From: a virus
IMG/VR virus record: IMGVR_UViG_3300020413_000006
Span: 1 to 64,000 of that record
Reading direction: 5' to 3' (one strand)
DNA: 64,000 nt
The position numbers and the translations under genes are program-made. Position 1 is the stretch's first letter. Each line of letters begins with the position of its first letter. Shown piece after piece: positions 7,401 through 15,186 of the stretch. Under the pieces are notes generated by a model. It had not been told where the DNA came from. It worked only from the letters and a program-made list of their open reading frames with translations, and ran no database searches.

Positions 7401-10337
7401 ATCAAGATAATCTGATGTTACAGTTCCAGATAACTCACCTGTTGAAGTATTGAATGTCAATCCAGATGCACCTAGACCATCTCCACTAAGTGTATACGCT
7501 TCAAATGTAGGTTCATTAGCAAAAGTTGTTCCAGCAAGTCCTAATTGCACACTAACAGTTGCACCGTTTGCATATGGACTACCATTTAATGCACCACTGG
7601 ATGTTGTCCATGTTACACTGCTATCAACATATGGGAAGAATGCACCTATTTTTTTAGTGAGTGTAGAACCAGTTCCTGAATAATCAAAATCAACACCTGA
7701 ATCTAATGGGTAGTATGCTACGTTGGTATATGAACCTGTACCAGCTGCTTCTTGTGCATCTGTCTGCGAACGTAATGTAGTTGATGTATAGACTACGCCA
7801 TCAATACTTTCGTGGGTTTTTGCTTCTGGATCTATTAGTGCTAAGTAATTATTTGAACCACCACCTGTTGTACCAGCAGTAGCATTTGAACTATTCTGTA
7901 CAGTAATACTATTATTAACTCCACTTTCTGCTTGTATAGTTAACCATCCAGATTGTGCTAAACCTGAGACATCTATACCACCAACAGTAATACCACCTGA
8001 TCCACCAGATGCTGATTGAACTGTAACAGCTCCATACATTGAGTTATGGGCAGAGCATTGATAATAGTAAGTTCCTGTAGCGTTTGGTGTCCATGATAGA
8101 ACAGAGTTTCCAGTGGCACCTTGTCCTGTTGCAGCTGGTGTGTTTACTTGATTACCAGTTCCAGTTCCTTGAACTGTTTTAAAGTATGTTGGGTGACTAC
8201 CCGCTACGTTTGATAAGTTAAAGTTTAATGTATCTCCAACACTTATAGTTACTCCTGCATTGTTACCACTAACATTACCATTTCTATCAGTTCCATTTAA
8301 TGTGTAATATGAAGCACTAGGTGCGGTTACTGTTATATTGTAAGTGTTTGATACTGAACCACCAGATCCCGCTGTAGATCCAGTTGTTCTCAACTGACAT
8401 TTCTTACCAACATTTCCTAGGAAATGAGAAGAGTCAGCAGGGTTGAACTTTATCTCTAAGAAATTATTTCCTGCTAAAGTTACATATGGATTGTCTATTA
8501 ATTTCTTATCTTCTATACTATTAGTTGGATAGTATGTGGATGAACCTTTTCTTATATCTCCAGTAGCATCAGTGGTTCTACAGAAAGTTTTAAATGTTCC
8601 TGTTAAATTATTTGTAGTGAGTGTGTATCCATTTGCACCACACCACGCCAGAGCAATACCAGCAACTAAAGGTGCTGAGAATGATGTACCACTTATAACT
8701 GTATAGTTACTTGCACTTGTCTGAGGTGTGTTTGCTAACCAATCATATTGTGGAACTAAGATTCTAGAACCTGGTGCTACTAATGTTACGCCAGCACCAT
8801 AGTTTGAGAAGTTTGCCCATCTATCATTATACTCAGTTGCACCAACAGATACTTTATTTTGATTTGCATCTACATTGTTTATACCACCATTGGTATTGTC
8901 AGCATATCCTGCAGTCCTTGAACCAGCAATACACTTTGCTTGTATAGGTCCTGCAAAGGCATCCGCACTATTTTTAAATCCATTACCAGCTGACCTTACA
9001 ATAATAATATTGTATGTGCTTGATATAGTTCCTTCAATGTCGTCTAATAACTCTTCATCAGTTCCACTGTCGGAACCAGCGTCATTTAATTCAACGTAAG
9101 GATAATTCTGTGTTGGTATAGTAGGACCAAAGGATGAGTTGATAACAGCTGGACGATTACTACCTTTATAATTTGCATTACCACTGGTGTTGTGATCTAT
9201 AACTGCCTGATAAGCACTAAGTATGTTCGTATAAGATGCTGATAATGTACTATCAAATGCCTTAAGTGCATATATCTTTGATCTCTTTGACACGCCAGCA
9301 GTTCTCCCAGCCGCCAAAATAGCACAGTGAGTACCATGTCCATTGTCATCTTCGTTATTAGATCCATAACCACCAGCATAATGTGATAACTGGAATACTC
9401 TATAGTTCTGTTGTTCTGTAGTACCGTTTAAGTCAGATACAAAGTTTGGGTCATATAGTTCAGAATGTAATGCTGCGTTGTTACCTGTAGGTCTACTTGC
9501 TCCTCTTACACCAGTATCAATGACGTATAGGTCAGCACCTTCACCTTGCTGACTGTAACTAAATTGTCTGTTTAAATATTGCCTATCTTGTTTTGTAATT
9601 CTATCTAAATGCCAGTAGTCAAATATGTTTATAGTACCATATTTGTTTGGAGATGCACCATAACGTCCCATTCCAGCAGTAGTTACATTGTAAAAATATA
9701 GTATAGATGGTGTTGCAGAACTTACTACTAATTCTACTGATGCACCAGCTTGTCCTGCAGTTCCTGATGTAGTTACACCTGTATTGAAAGATACTCCCCC
9801 AGTAGTATGTGTGCCATCTGGAGTTATAGAGAATAACATTGGGTGACCAGCGTTAGATGAATCACTCTGATCAAAAGTATATGTTGCTCCGTCTAAGAAA
9901 CCAGTTTGGTTTGCGTATGTTGTATATGAACCACCTTGTGTCTGTGAAAATACGAACAAATCGTTTCCACTCGTAGAGTCTACTTTGACATATATTGTAC
10001 CTGTTCCACTTCCTGTTAAGGATCTAGTATTACTAGTTGTATTGTTTTCTCCAGTAGAGTTTAGAGTGGTAGACCCACTAGTTACAGTTGTTAACTGAGA
10101 CTCTTGTATTGGATTACAAGAAATTCTATTCTCATCCCATGTTGCTTTCTTAACAACATTTAATGCTCTGAGTTGATCCAAGATAACGCTCTCATATCTC
10201 TCAGGACAATCAAACGATACTATGGAAAAAGTTTTAAAATATTCTACAAAGGTTAAGTAACCATATAATTTCAAGATTGCTGACGTTGCAGAATCTAGAC
10301 TATAGTTATCACTGACCCTTACTATTACCCTCTTCAT
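4449..10337 (-). CDS. 1962-aa multidomain protein: I9-like prodomain, subtilisin-family (S8) serine protease, cupredoxin-like modules, six Ig-like repeats, C-terminal FN3-like domains
   Basis: Catalytic motifs YVIDTGV (Asp ~9516), GHGTHCA (His ~9336), RSAGN (oxyanion Asn ~8982), SGTSFSAPLVAG (Ser ~8682); six repeats of the type xQP...TYQW...YRC; C-x2-H-x2-M/Q motifs; YSVQVKFRD / YYVRIRF at the C-terminus. Confidence 0.9.
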   Translation of the reverse strand: MKRVIVRVSDNYSLDSATSAILKLYGYLTFVEYFKTFSIVSFDCPERYESVILDQLRALNVVKKATWDENRISCNPIQESQLTTVTSGSTTLNSTGENNTTSNTRSLTGSGTGTIYVKVDSTSGNDLFVFSQTQGGSYTTYANQTGFLDGATYTFDQSDSSNAGHPMLFSITPDGTHTTGGVSFNTGVTTSGTAGQAGASVELVVSSATPSILYFYNVTTAGMGRYGASPNKYGTINIFDYWHLDRITKQDRQYLNRQFSYSQQGEGADLYVIDTGVRGASRPTGNNAALHSELYDPNFVSDLNGTTEQQNYRVFQLSHYAGGYGSNNEDDNGHGTHCAILAAGRTAGVSKRSKIYALKAFDSTLSASYTNILSAYQAVIDHNTSGNANYKGSNRPAVINSSFGPTIPTQNYPYVELNDAGSDSGTDEELLDDIEGTISSTYNIIIVRSAGNGFKNSADAFAGPIQAKCIAGSRTAGYADNTNGGINNVDANQNKVSVGATEYNDRWANFSNYGAGVTLVAPGSRILVPQYDWLANTPQTSASNYTVISGTSFSAPLVAGIALAWCGANGYTLTTNNLTGTFKTFCRTTDATGDIRKGSSTYYPTNSIEDKKLIDNPYVTLAGNNFLEIKFNPADSSHFLGNVGKKCQLRTTGSTAGSGGSVSNTYNITVTAPSASYYTLNGTDRNGNVSGNNAGVTISVGDTLNFNLSNVAGSHPTYFKTVQGTGTGNQVNTPAATGQGATGNSVLSWTPNATGTYYYQCSAHNSMYGAVTVQSASGGSGGITVGGIDVSGLAQSGWLTIQAESGVNNSITVQNSSNATAGTTGGGSNNYLALIDPEAKTHESIDGVVYTSTTLRSQTDAQEAAGTGSYTNVAYYPLDSGVDFDYSGTGSTLTKKIGAFFPYVDSSVTWTTSSGALNGSPYANGATVSVQLGLAGTTFANEPTFEAYTLSGDGLGASGLTFNTSTGELSGTVTSDYLDTTFNFTVTENVTQNARAYSFTTTGTGVLITVTGNPVSTTIEAGANVNATFGPVAATSSDGSTILYQWEYSSNGGAGWSNVTNGGFYSGATLSTLSVDDQYSLNTYQYRCKMSSSTSIAPGTTTAATLTVTRVITVDTQPSNSQPMAPAAGSFTTAASTKDAATVIYQWQISQNGDGTTYADIGGANSTTYTTGSTSYDNDYGDYYRCKLNVAGAAEVFTNPARNLVQRTINVTSQPVNITGAVGGTSSFGVAATTSDNDAGDITYQWQVSITSGASWSNVSEGSGGTTVTYTTPTLTTAYDSYQYRCLLSANGATTIPSNVATLQVETVTVVVSTQPNSASVNEGSTATFSTLGDVTMAPVGGNAASSSFETEQFDTPSGGGGGAAGQSSHSPSVTYQWEQSNHGNKVINVTVGVDTVGGQATGVFYLFGLEKPALSAYRGHTFTFDQSDSSNANYNNQHHPLMLSTTLDGELAGGTHYNTGVTYKLDGVTVTMANYVSGFVAATTRQVIWNIPSSATGTIYYWCHFHTGQGNALNTADSTWNTVAGATSASYTTAATTYAADHQDSYRCKIDAVGASASAYTNDVDLTVVRTFSITAQPSNTTVNEGGTGTFSVSSTSSSGTPTYQWNRSDDGGNNYTQVAGATSASYTTPTTTFAADNNDRYTCTVSLVGSSAPITSTFALLTILRVISIGTQPQNVGVIEGQTATLNIVASITSDVITYQWQKSVDNAATWSNINGANTATYTTPATVYPTNPSEQFRCILSNPNATTVTSNAATLTVNESEFVSAPSSITPVIDTDTSKTFSRQPVINTSAYVVEYSGSVHFSSFWRIRRVSDNVTVYNTADTFASGDTGNKTSITVPSGTLDFDTAYSVQVKFRDNAGLESAFSSAVNFTTPLVDQPDIQTITPAFNPTINVASIQMKTGYTHSSSDWQFSPANTFATIVHQSLGNSTNLLSYTLPGAVNLSANTTYYVRIRFNINPT

Positions 10338-10365
10338 TCTGTTGGTACAATAAGTCCTTCAGATA

Positions 10366-10373
10366 TATTTATG
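10366..10373 (-). promoter_or_regulatory. T4-type late promoter variant (CATAAATA) upstream of the S8 protease gene
   Basis: NATAAATA ~29 nt upstream of ATG 10337; AAGGA Shine-Dalgarno-like sequence in between. Confidence 0.6.
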
Positions 10374-10710
10374 TACTACTGTCGTTTGCCTTTGCTAATA
10401 GTTTCTGAACCTCTGCTTCTCTTACAGATTCCATCATCGTTTCAACAGGTTTCACAAACTTTAAGTCGTGTTTTTCATCAAACTCAAATTTAGTCCTGAG
10501 ATGGGTTCTATTTCTTTCCACTATGATATGATAGTAATTACCATATACATTTTTGGTAAATCCTATTGATATTATTTCTCTACCATCGTAGAACTCCCCT
10601 ACTTTGTAGGGGCAGGTCTCCAACGTGCCATCAAACTTTGTTGCAGGTTGTCTTGATGCTACGTGTTCTAGTTTCCTAGCTTCACTCGACGGGAACGACT
10701 TCCTCTTCAT
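10369..10710 (-). CDS. Hypothetical 113-aa protein
   Basis: ORF in the minus-strand operon; no recognised motif. Confidence 0.7.
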   Translation of the reverse strand: MKRKSFPSSEARKLEHVASRQPATKFDGTLETCPYKVGEFYDGREIISIGFTKNVYGNYYHIIVERNRTHLRTKFEFDEKHDLKFVKPVETMMESVREAEVQKLLAKANDSST

Positions 10711-10867
10711 CTGGTTTCTTTAGTGTCATTTGTAATGCTTCAACAGCACCTTCCAATCTCAATACTTGTTCTTTACGAGTTGCAAGTGCTTTTTCCATCT
10801 CAACGATTGTTGCTTTTTGTTCCTTAAGTTGATTGGTGAAGTCTTTCACCATTGTTTCAGCGTCCAT
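10682..10867 (-). CDS. Small coiled-coil protein (61 aa)
   Basis: Heptad-like LKEQKATIVEMEKALATRKEQVLRLEGAVEALQ; late-promoter-like CTAAATA upstream. Confidence 0.75.
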   Translation of the reverse strand: MDAETMVKDFTNQLKEQKATIVEMEKALATRKEQVLRLEGAVEALQMTLKKPDEEEVVPVE

Positions 10868-10888
10868 AGTTTAAAATGATAAGTGTAC

Positions 10889-10896
10889 TATTTAGT
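10889..10896 (-). promoter_or_regulatory. Possible late promoter variant (ACTAAATA)
   Basis: TAAATA core overlapping the oxygenase stop codon, ~22 nt upstream of the next ATG. Confidence 0.4.
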
Positions 10897-11602
10897 GTAG
10901 AAATGCATTGAAGGTTAGGCGGTCTACATCCCATCCCTCTTGTCTAAAATATGGCGAGTGCCACATTCTACCTTCATAAACAAGGAGAGTATTGAATTCG
11001 TGTTTTTCAACATGGTACCTCTCCCAATGTTTAGTTTTGTATTTTGATGGATCAAAGTTAACATATGCATTTACTTTGTTAACTATCCGTTCTATCCGAT
11101 AATTTTTATCAGATGAAACAAACTCCTCATCATACTCAGCGTGTCTCCAAAATGCAGTACCGTTATCAGTATCTTCCATTTCTTCATCATAGTTTAATGC
11201 TAACACAGCAGCGTAGTGTGTGTCATCCGTATGAGGTGTAAGACTACACATTCTACATTTCTTTTCTACTTCGTAACTTTGAAATGTAAAATGAGAGAAC
11301 TCTGGATCCTTCATTACCTTCTTAGATGCTTCAAAATAATTGTTTAAGATAAATCTAAACTGAGGTAATAATTGATTTGAAACATGTCCCAATCTAGAAA
11401 CATAACCTGGCAAATTAGAAAACTCACCACCGACAGTAGATACATAATCTGCTGCCATAGCGTATGCCCTAACTTGCTCTGGGTTAACAAAGAAATTTTT
11501 TATCTTAATAACTCTGTTCTTTGCTTTACCTATATGAAGTTGTTCTACTTCCCAATCTTTTGGGTGTAGGGAATTTAATATCTTTGGATCAATTATTTTC
11601 AT
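10892..11602 (-). CDS. 2OG-Fe(II) oxygenase superfamily protein (DUF6445-like)
   Basis: IKNFFVNPEQVR N-terminus, HxD motif PHTD, GTAFW, FNTLLVYEGRMWHS (distal His) and DRLT (2OG-binding Arg). Confidence 0.85.
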   Translation of the reverse strand: MKIIDPKILNSLHPKDWEVEQLHIGKAKNRVIKIKNFFVNPEQVRAYAMAADYVSTVGGEFSNLPGYVSRLGHVSNQLLPQFRFILNNYFEASKKVMKDPEFSHFTFQSYEVEKKCRMCSLTPHTDDTHYAAVLALNYDEEMEDTDNGTAFWRHAEYDEEFVSSDKNYRIERIVNKVNAYVNFDPSKYKTKHWERYHVEKHEFNTLLVYEGRMWHSPYFRQEGWDVDRLTFNAFLH

Positions 11603-13383
11603 ACTGTTTCTAACTGAGATGCATTTCTGTCTTCACCAAAATAATCTTTAATCAATTTGTCTTTACGTAAAACAAGAACATGTAGTCCATTCCACCAGTG
11701 AGTAGGATTCTCTATGACTCCACTTAGTATCCTTCTTTCAAAAAATACTTCTAACTGGTTCTCTTGTATAAAAGTAACTGTACTCTCAACAACACCATCA
11801 AAGTTGGCATCATCTACTACGAGTATGAACTGATCATCTAAGAATGGAAGAACATGGTTCAAGTTGTTCATCTGTTCCATCATATCATGATTTGCATCAT
11901 AAAACAATATGTTAGGTTTAACACCATCAAAGTCTTCTTCTGTTAGTTCATCAATAGATGCTTTGACAAATGCTGCATTACCATTCTCATACTTTTCCCA
12001 ATAGTTTACTAGAGTATCATATGGGTTCCCAACCTCTGTCCACCTTATATGGTCTGTCAGGGGTCTTACATTAGACTCTGAGAAGTCATCTACTCCAATA
12101 CACTTAACATTATTATTCATAGTTGCAGCAAAGAATGTGCTTCCAACATGAGTTCCAAGTTCTAGATATACTGCATCCTCGTGAGAACATAGACTGTTAA
12201 GGAAATGTCTAACACGATTAGAAGTTAATCCCATCGGTTCAAATCCATCAGGATTGAAGTTAGAGTTCTCTTGCATACCGTCATCTATAGCATTCAATAC
12301 TCTCTGTACATACTCATCCATATCTACAGGTCTATCTTGTTTTTTAAGATGTGCATTAACAACATTTTCACAGTAGTTGCAATCCCAACAATCAAATCCA
12401 CAAGTCTTTATCTTCTCTCTCCATAAAGCAATAGGACTATCTTTTACAAGAAGGTCATCCATATACTTATTAAACTCTGGAAACATTGTTTCTATTTTTT
12501 CATTGCCCCAAGCAGAAATTATATCCATGGACTCTTTGAGTTTCATAGCATTTTCTCTACCGTGCATTTTAAATACATCAATACCAAGATCCAAAAATTC
12601 ATTCCAATCTGATTTCCAAGGAGGTAAATTAGCTGCTTTCAGTGCGTGAGAGTTATCTTCTATATCCCACTTAGCACAAGAGTTTGTACTGATAGGATCC
12701 ATAAAGTATTGTGGAGTATCTTTTGTTCTTGTGCTATTGAAATGATAGTGTTCGTCCATCATAGAACAACCACCCCAACAACCCTCGTTAGTTAAAATTG
12801 ATAACTCTACAGGTTTGCCAATAGATGCACAGTATTCTTTTGCTTTTTTTATTTTTAATAGAGCATTCTTATCTCTCATCAAATCTCTATCTAAATTGAT
12901 GTAATGGAATCCTGCTTCCGCAAGAGACACAACTTCATTTGCTCTACTTACATTTCTAAGTATTGTATTCTTAATCTTTAATTCTGGAAATTCTTTTTGT
13001 AAGATTCCTGTAGCAACCCAACTAGTATGTGGTATAGTTACTATCTTGACACCCGCTTCATATAGTTGCCTAAAATTTTTGACAAACAAATCCAGATGTT
13101 CTAAGTCTGGTCTTACGTAGATATTATTGAACGTTGCTGATAATGGTATACCAGTCTCTTGATGAATAGCATATGCATTATAAAACAATTGAACTGGGTC
13201 ACCTTGAAATACATCACCCATAGCATCCTGATTAAAAGGAGGCATCCTACACGTGAAGTATAAGTCAACAATATATTCTTTATGTCTTTTCAACCAAGGT
13301 ATGAATACATCCTCAGCATATCTCGAATCAATCTTTGGGTTTATTGGAAGACTGAAGACGGATTTTTTCTTTGGGGATGTCAT
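11599..13383 (-). CDS. Peptidase U32-family (Fe-S, TIM-barrel) domain fused to class I SAM-dependent methyltransferase (Methyltransf_24-like)
   Basis: U32-like: INLDRDL, ELSILTNEGCWGGC..DEH...SCAKW, LGIDVFKMHGRE (cf. LKIEGR), extra Cys cluster CGFDCWDCNYC. MTase: YLELGTHVGST, IGVDDF, LFYDANH, ILVVDD. Confidence 0.8.
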   Translation of the reverse strand: MTSPKKKSVFSLPINPKIDSRYAEDVFIPWLKRHKEYIVDLYFTCRMPPFNQDAMGDVFQGDPVQLFYNAYAIHQETGIPLSATFNNIYVRPDLEHLDLFVKNFRQLYEAGVKIVTIPHTSWVATGILQKEFPELKIKNTILRNVSRANEVVSLAEAGFHYINLDRDLMRDKNALLKIKKAKEYCASIGKPVELSILTNEGCWGGCSMMDEHYHFNSTRTKDTPQYFMDPISTNSCAKWDIEDNSHALKAANLPPWKSDWNEFLDLGIDVFKMHGRENAMKLKESMDIISAWGNEKIETMFPEFNKYMDDLLVKDSPIALWREKIKTCGFDCWDCNYCENVVNAHLKKQDRPVDMDEYVQRVLNAIDDGMQENSNFNPDGFEPMGLTSNRVRHFLNSLCSHEDAVYLELGTHVGSTFFAATMNNNVKCIGVDDFSESNVRPLTDHIRWTEVGNPYDTLVNYWEKYENGNAAFVKASIDELTEEDFDGVKPNILFYDANHDMMEQMNNLNHVLPFLDDQFILVVDDANFDGVVESTVTFIQENQLEVFFERRILSGVIENPTHWWNGLHVLVLRKDKLIKDYFGEDRNASQLETV

Positions 13384-14107
13384 GTTTCACTTCAGATAAT
13401 TGAGGATTAGTTTCCTCAGGTGTTGTAATTTCAGAACCATTTATTTGCGGAGGAGTAAATTTACCACCCTCCATGATGTTAGCAACAGATCCACCCATTG
13501 CTTGTCTCATCTTTTCTACTCCTGCTCCAATAAGAGCAGAGTGGTGTACAGCTCCAGATAAGACTTGGACTTGATCATCAGGAGGTAGATTCATAATAGA
13601 ATCCATGTTACCAGTGCCAACGTGTCCAAAAGAAATCATATCGCAAGCAGCTTGTTTTGCCATACGACTGATCCAGTATTTCTTATCTTCCTCCTCATTG
13701 GTATCTAGATAATACTCTACTCCTTTAGATTTGTCTACCATCTCTTCCAACTGACCTGTAAAGTTAGCAATCTCTCGTTTACATACTAAAACTTTTTGCT
13801 CCCAGATAGTTCTATCGTAGTGAGCTTTCTCAATTTCAACTTCAACCATTTCCTTATCTAAAGGATCAGTCGCCAGTTTTAATTGTCTATTGAGTTTTTT
13901 AATATCAATAGCGTTCTTGTCAAGACGATACTGTAACTCCACTCTAGTGTTGTCTCTAGACTGTAGTTCTAGCAATGCTTGCTGTACTTTTTTAAATGGT
14001 GTTATCTGTGTCCCAACTACAAAATTCTGGTTTTGATATTTAGTTTGTCCACCTTCTAATTTGTACGAATGTTCTATCCAACCCTTTTCAGAATCCGAAA
14101 GTTCCAT
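13328..14107 (-). CDS. Hypothetical 259-aa helical/coiled-coil protein
   Basis: Long ORF overlapping both neighbours; coiled-coil N-half and YWISRMAKQAACDMISFGHVGTGNMDSI segment. Confidence 0.85.
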   Translation of the reverse strand: MELSDSEKGWIEHSYKLEGGQTKYQNQNFVVGTQITPFKKVQQALLELQSRDNTRVELQYRLDKNAIDIKKLNRQLKLATDPLDKEMVEVEIEKAHYDRTIWEQKVLVCKREIANFTGQLEEMVDKSKGVEYYLDTNEEEDKKYWISRMAKQAACDMISFGHVGTGNMDSIMNLPPDDQVQVLSGAVHHSALIGAGVEKMRQAMGGSVANIMEGGKFTPPQINGSEITTPEETNPQLSEVKHDIPKEKIRLQSSNKPKD

Positions 14108-15035
14108 AAGCTAGTTCTCCATCAAGTCGTTTTTGATTTTCATCAATACGTCCTAACTTCTGACCCTGCTTAATCGGCATTCCAACATTCAAGTAATCTT
14201 CGTACAAGATGTTCATATCCCACATATTATCACAGTTCCTGATCTGGGAACGTATTGCATGATATTTGCCTAATAATGAGGCGTAATCTATAAGGTATTT
14301 ATCATGGTTTTTGAGGACTCTTTTTACAAGTTCTCCTTTCTGCATTCCTCTCGTCATGCATAAGATATCTATAAAGGGAGTCTTCGAGTTCTCATCTTCG
14401 GTAAACCGTCTAGCTTCTTCAAGTTGATATAACCAACTCTCTGATTCTACATCACAACAATTTTTAAAGTTCTTAAATCTTAAATCAAACTCGTGTTCAA
14501 TAACTAAGATTGCTTGCTTCTTCATGTAAGAAAGAGCGAGTTGTATATTTTTAGATTCAACTTTTTTCTTTTTCTTAACATGTACCATCTCACCTTTGTC
14601 ATTCATTTCCATGACATAATCTTTATAGTGAGATCTCACCTCTCCTTGGAATCGTGGTGCGTTTAAAAATTCTTTCTCATCTAATTCGATATATCTCTTG
14701 AAGCAAGATTTAACTGTCTCAAAGACAAGTTTGTTCATCTTGACAGTAGTTACATTATGAAAATTAAATACAACTGAATATGTTGTAGAGTGTGGTTTTA
14801 TATCTGCCATCCTCAATGTATCCTCGTGGATAAGCATATAGATATAACCTTCTTTAATTTTTTCTTTGTCCTTAATAAACTTCTTAGTCTCTAATTCTAG
14901 AGGATGCTGAGGTACATATTTTGGACGTAAGAATTCCTCATCTTGTATAAGATCAGCAGGGATTCTTTTTTTCCACGCAGTATCTTCCTTCTCCTTTAGG
15001 AAGTTTCTGTTGGTTACAAATCTATTATTCTCCAT
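14088..15035 (-). CDS. 315-aa protein with C-terminal tail-fibre-assembly-associated helical domain
   Basis: ESESWLYQLEEAR...TPFIDILCMTRG...ELVKRVL...YASLLGKYHAIRSQI resembles the E.xSW..Q..EA...TP.LD.LA..RG...EL..KV pattern I recall from proteins encoded beside phage tail-fibre genes. Confidence 0.7.
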   Translation of the reverse strand: MENNRFVTNRNFLKEKEDTAWKKRIPADLIQDEEFLRPKYVPQHPLELETKKFIKDKEKIKEGYIYMLIHEDTLRMADIKPHSTTYSVVFNFHNVTTVKMNKLVFETVKSCFKRYIELDEKEFLNAPRFQGEVRSHYKDYVMEMNDKGEMVHVKKKKKVESKNIQLALSYMKKQAILVIEHEFDLRFKNFKNCCDVESESWLYQLEEARRFTEDENSKTPFIDILCMTRGMQKGELVKRVLKNHDKYLIDYASLLGKYHAIRSQIRNCDNMWDMNILYEDYLNVGMPIKQGQKLGRIDENQKRLDGELAYGTFGF

Positions 15036-15186
15036 TTACCTGTTTCTTCAATGCATCAAATTCCTTTCTCAAGTCTTCATGCTCTTTCTTTAAGATCATG
15101 AATGCCTGATAACTTGCGAAATCTGGTTGATTAAAATACATCAACGCATCGCTTCCTGTTTTAATACTTACATTTCCTGTTGACAT
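15025..15186 (-). CDS. 53-aa protein with C-terminal coiled coil
   Basis: Start reassigned to ATG 15186 (TAATG overlap with upstream stop): MSTGNVSIKTGSD...LKKEHEDLRKEFDALKKQVNGE. Confidence 0.7.
   Translation of the reverse strand: MSTGNVSIKTGSDALMYFNQPDFASYQAFMILKKEHEDLRKEFDALKKQVNGE

Noticed and set aside
11599-13383. Calling the U32 domain a collagenase/protease
   Set aside because: Characterised U32 members are Fe-S hydroxylation factors; the Cys clusters and MTase fusion fit that better.
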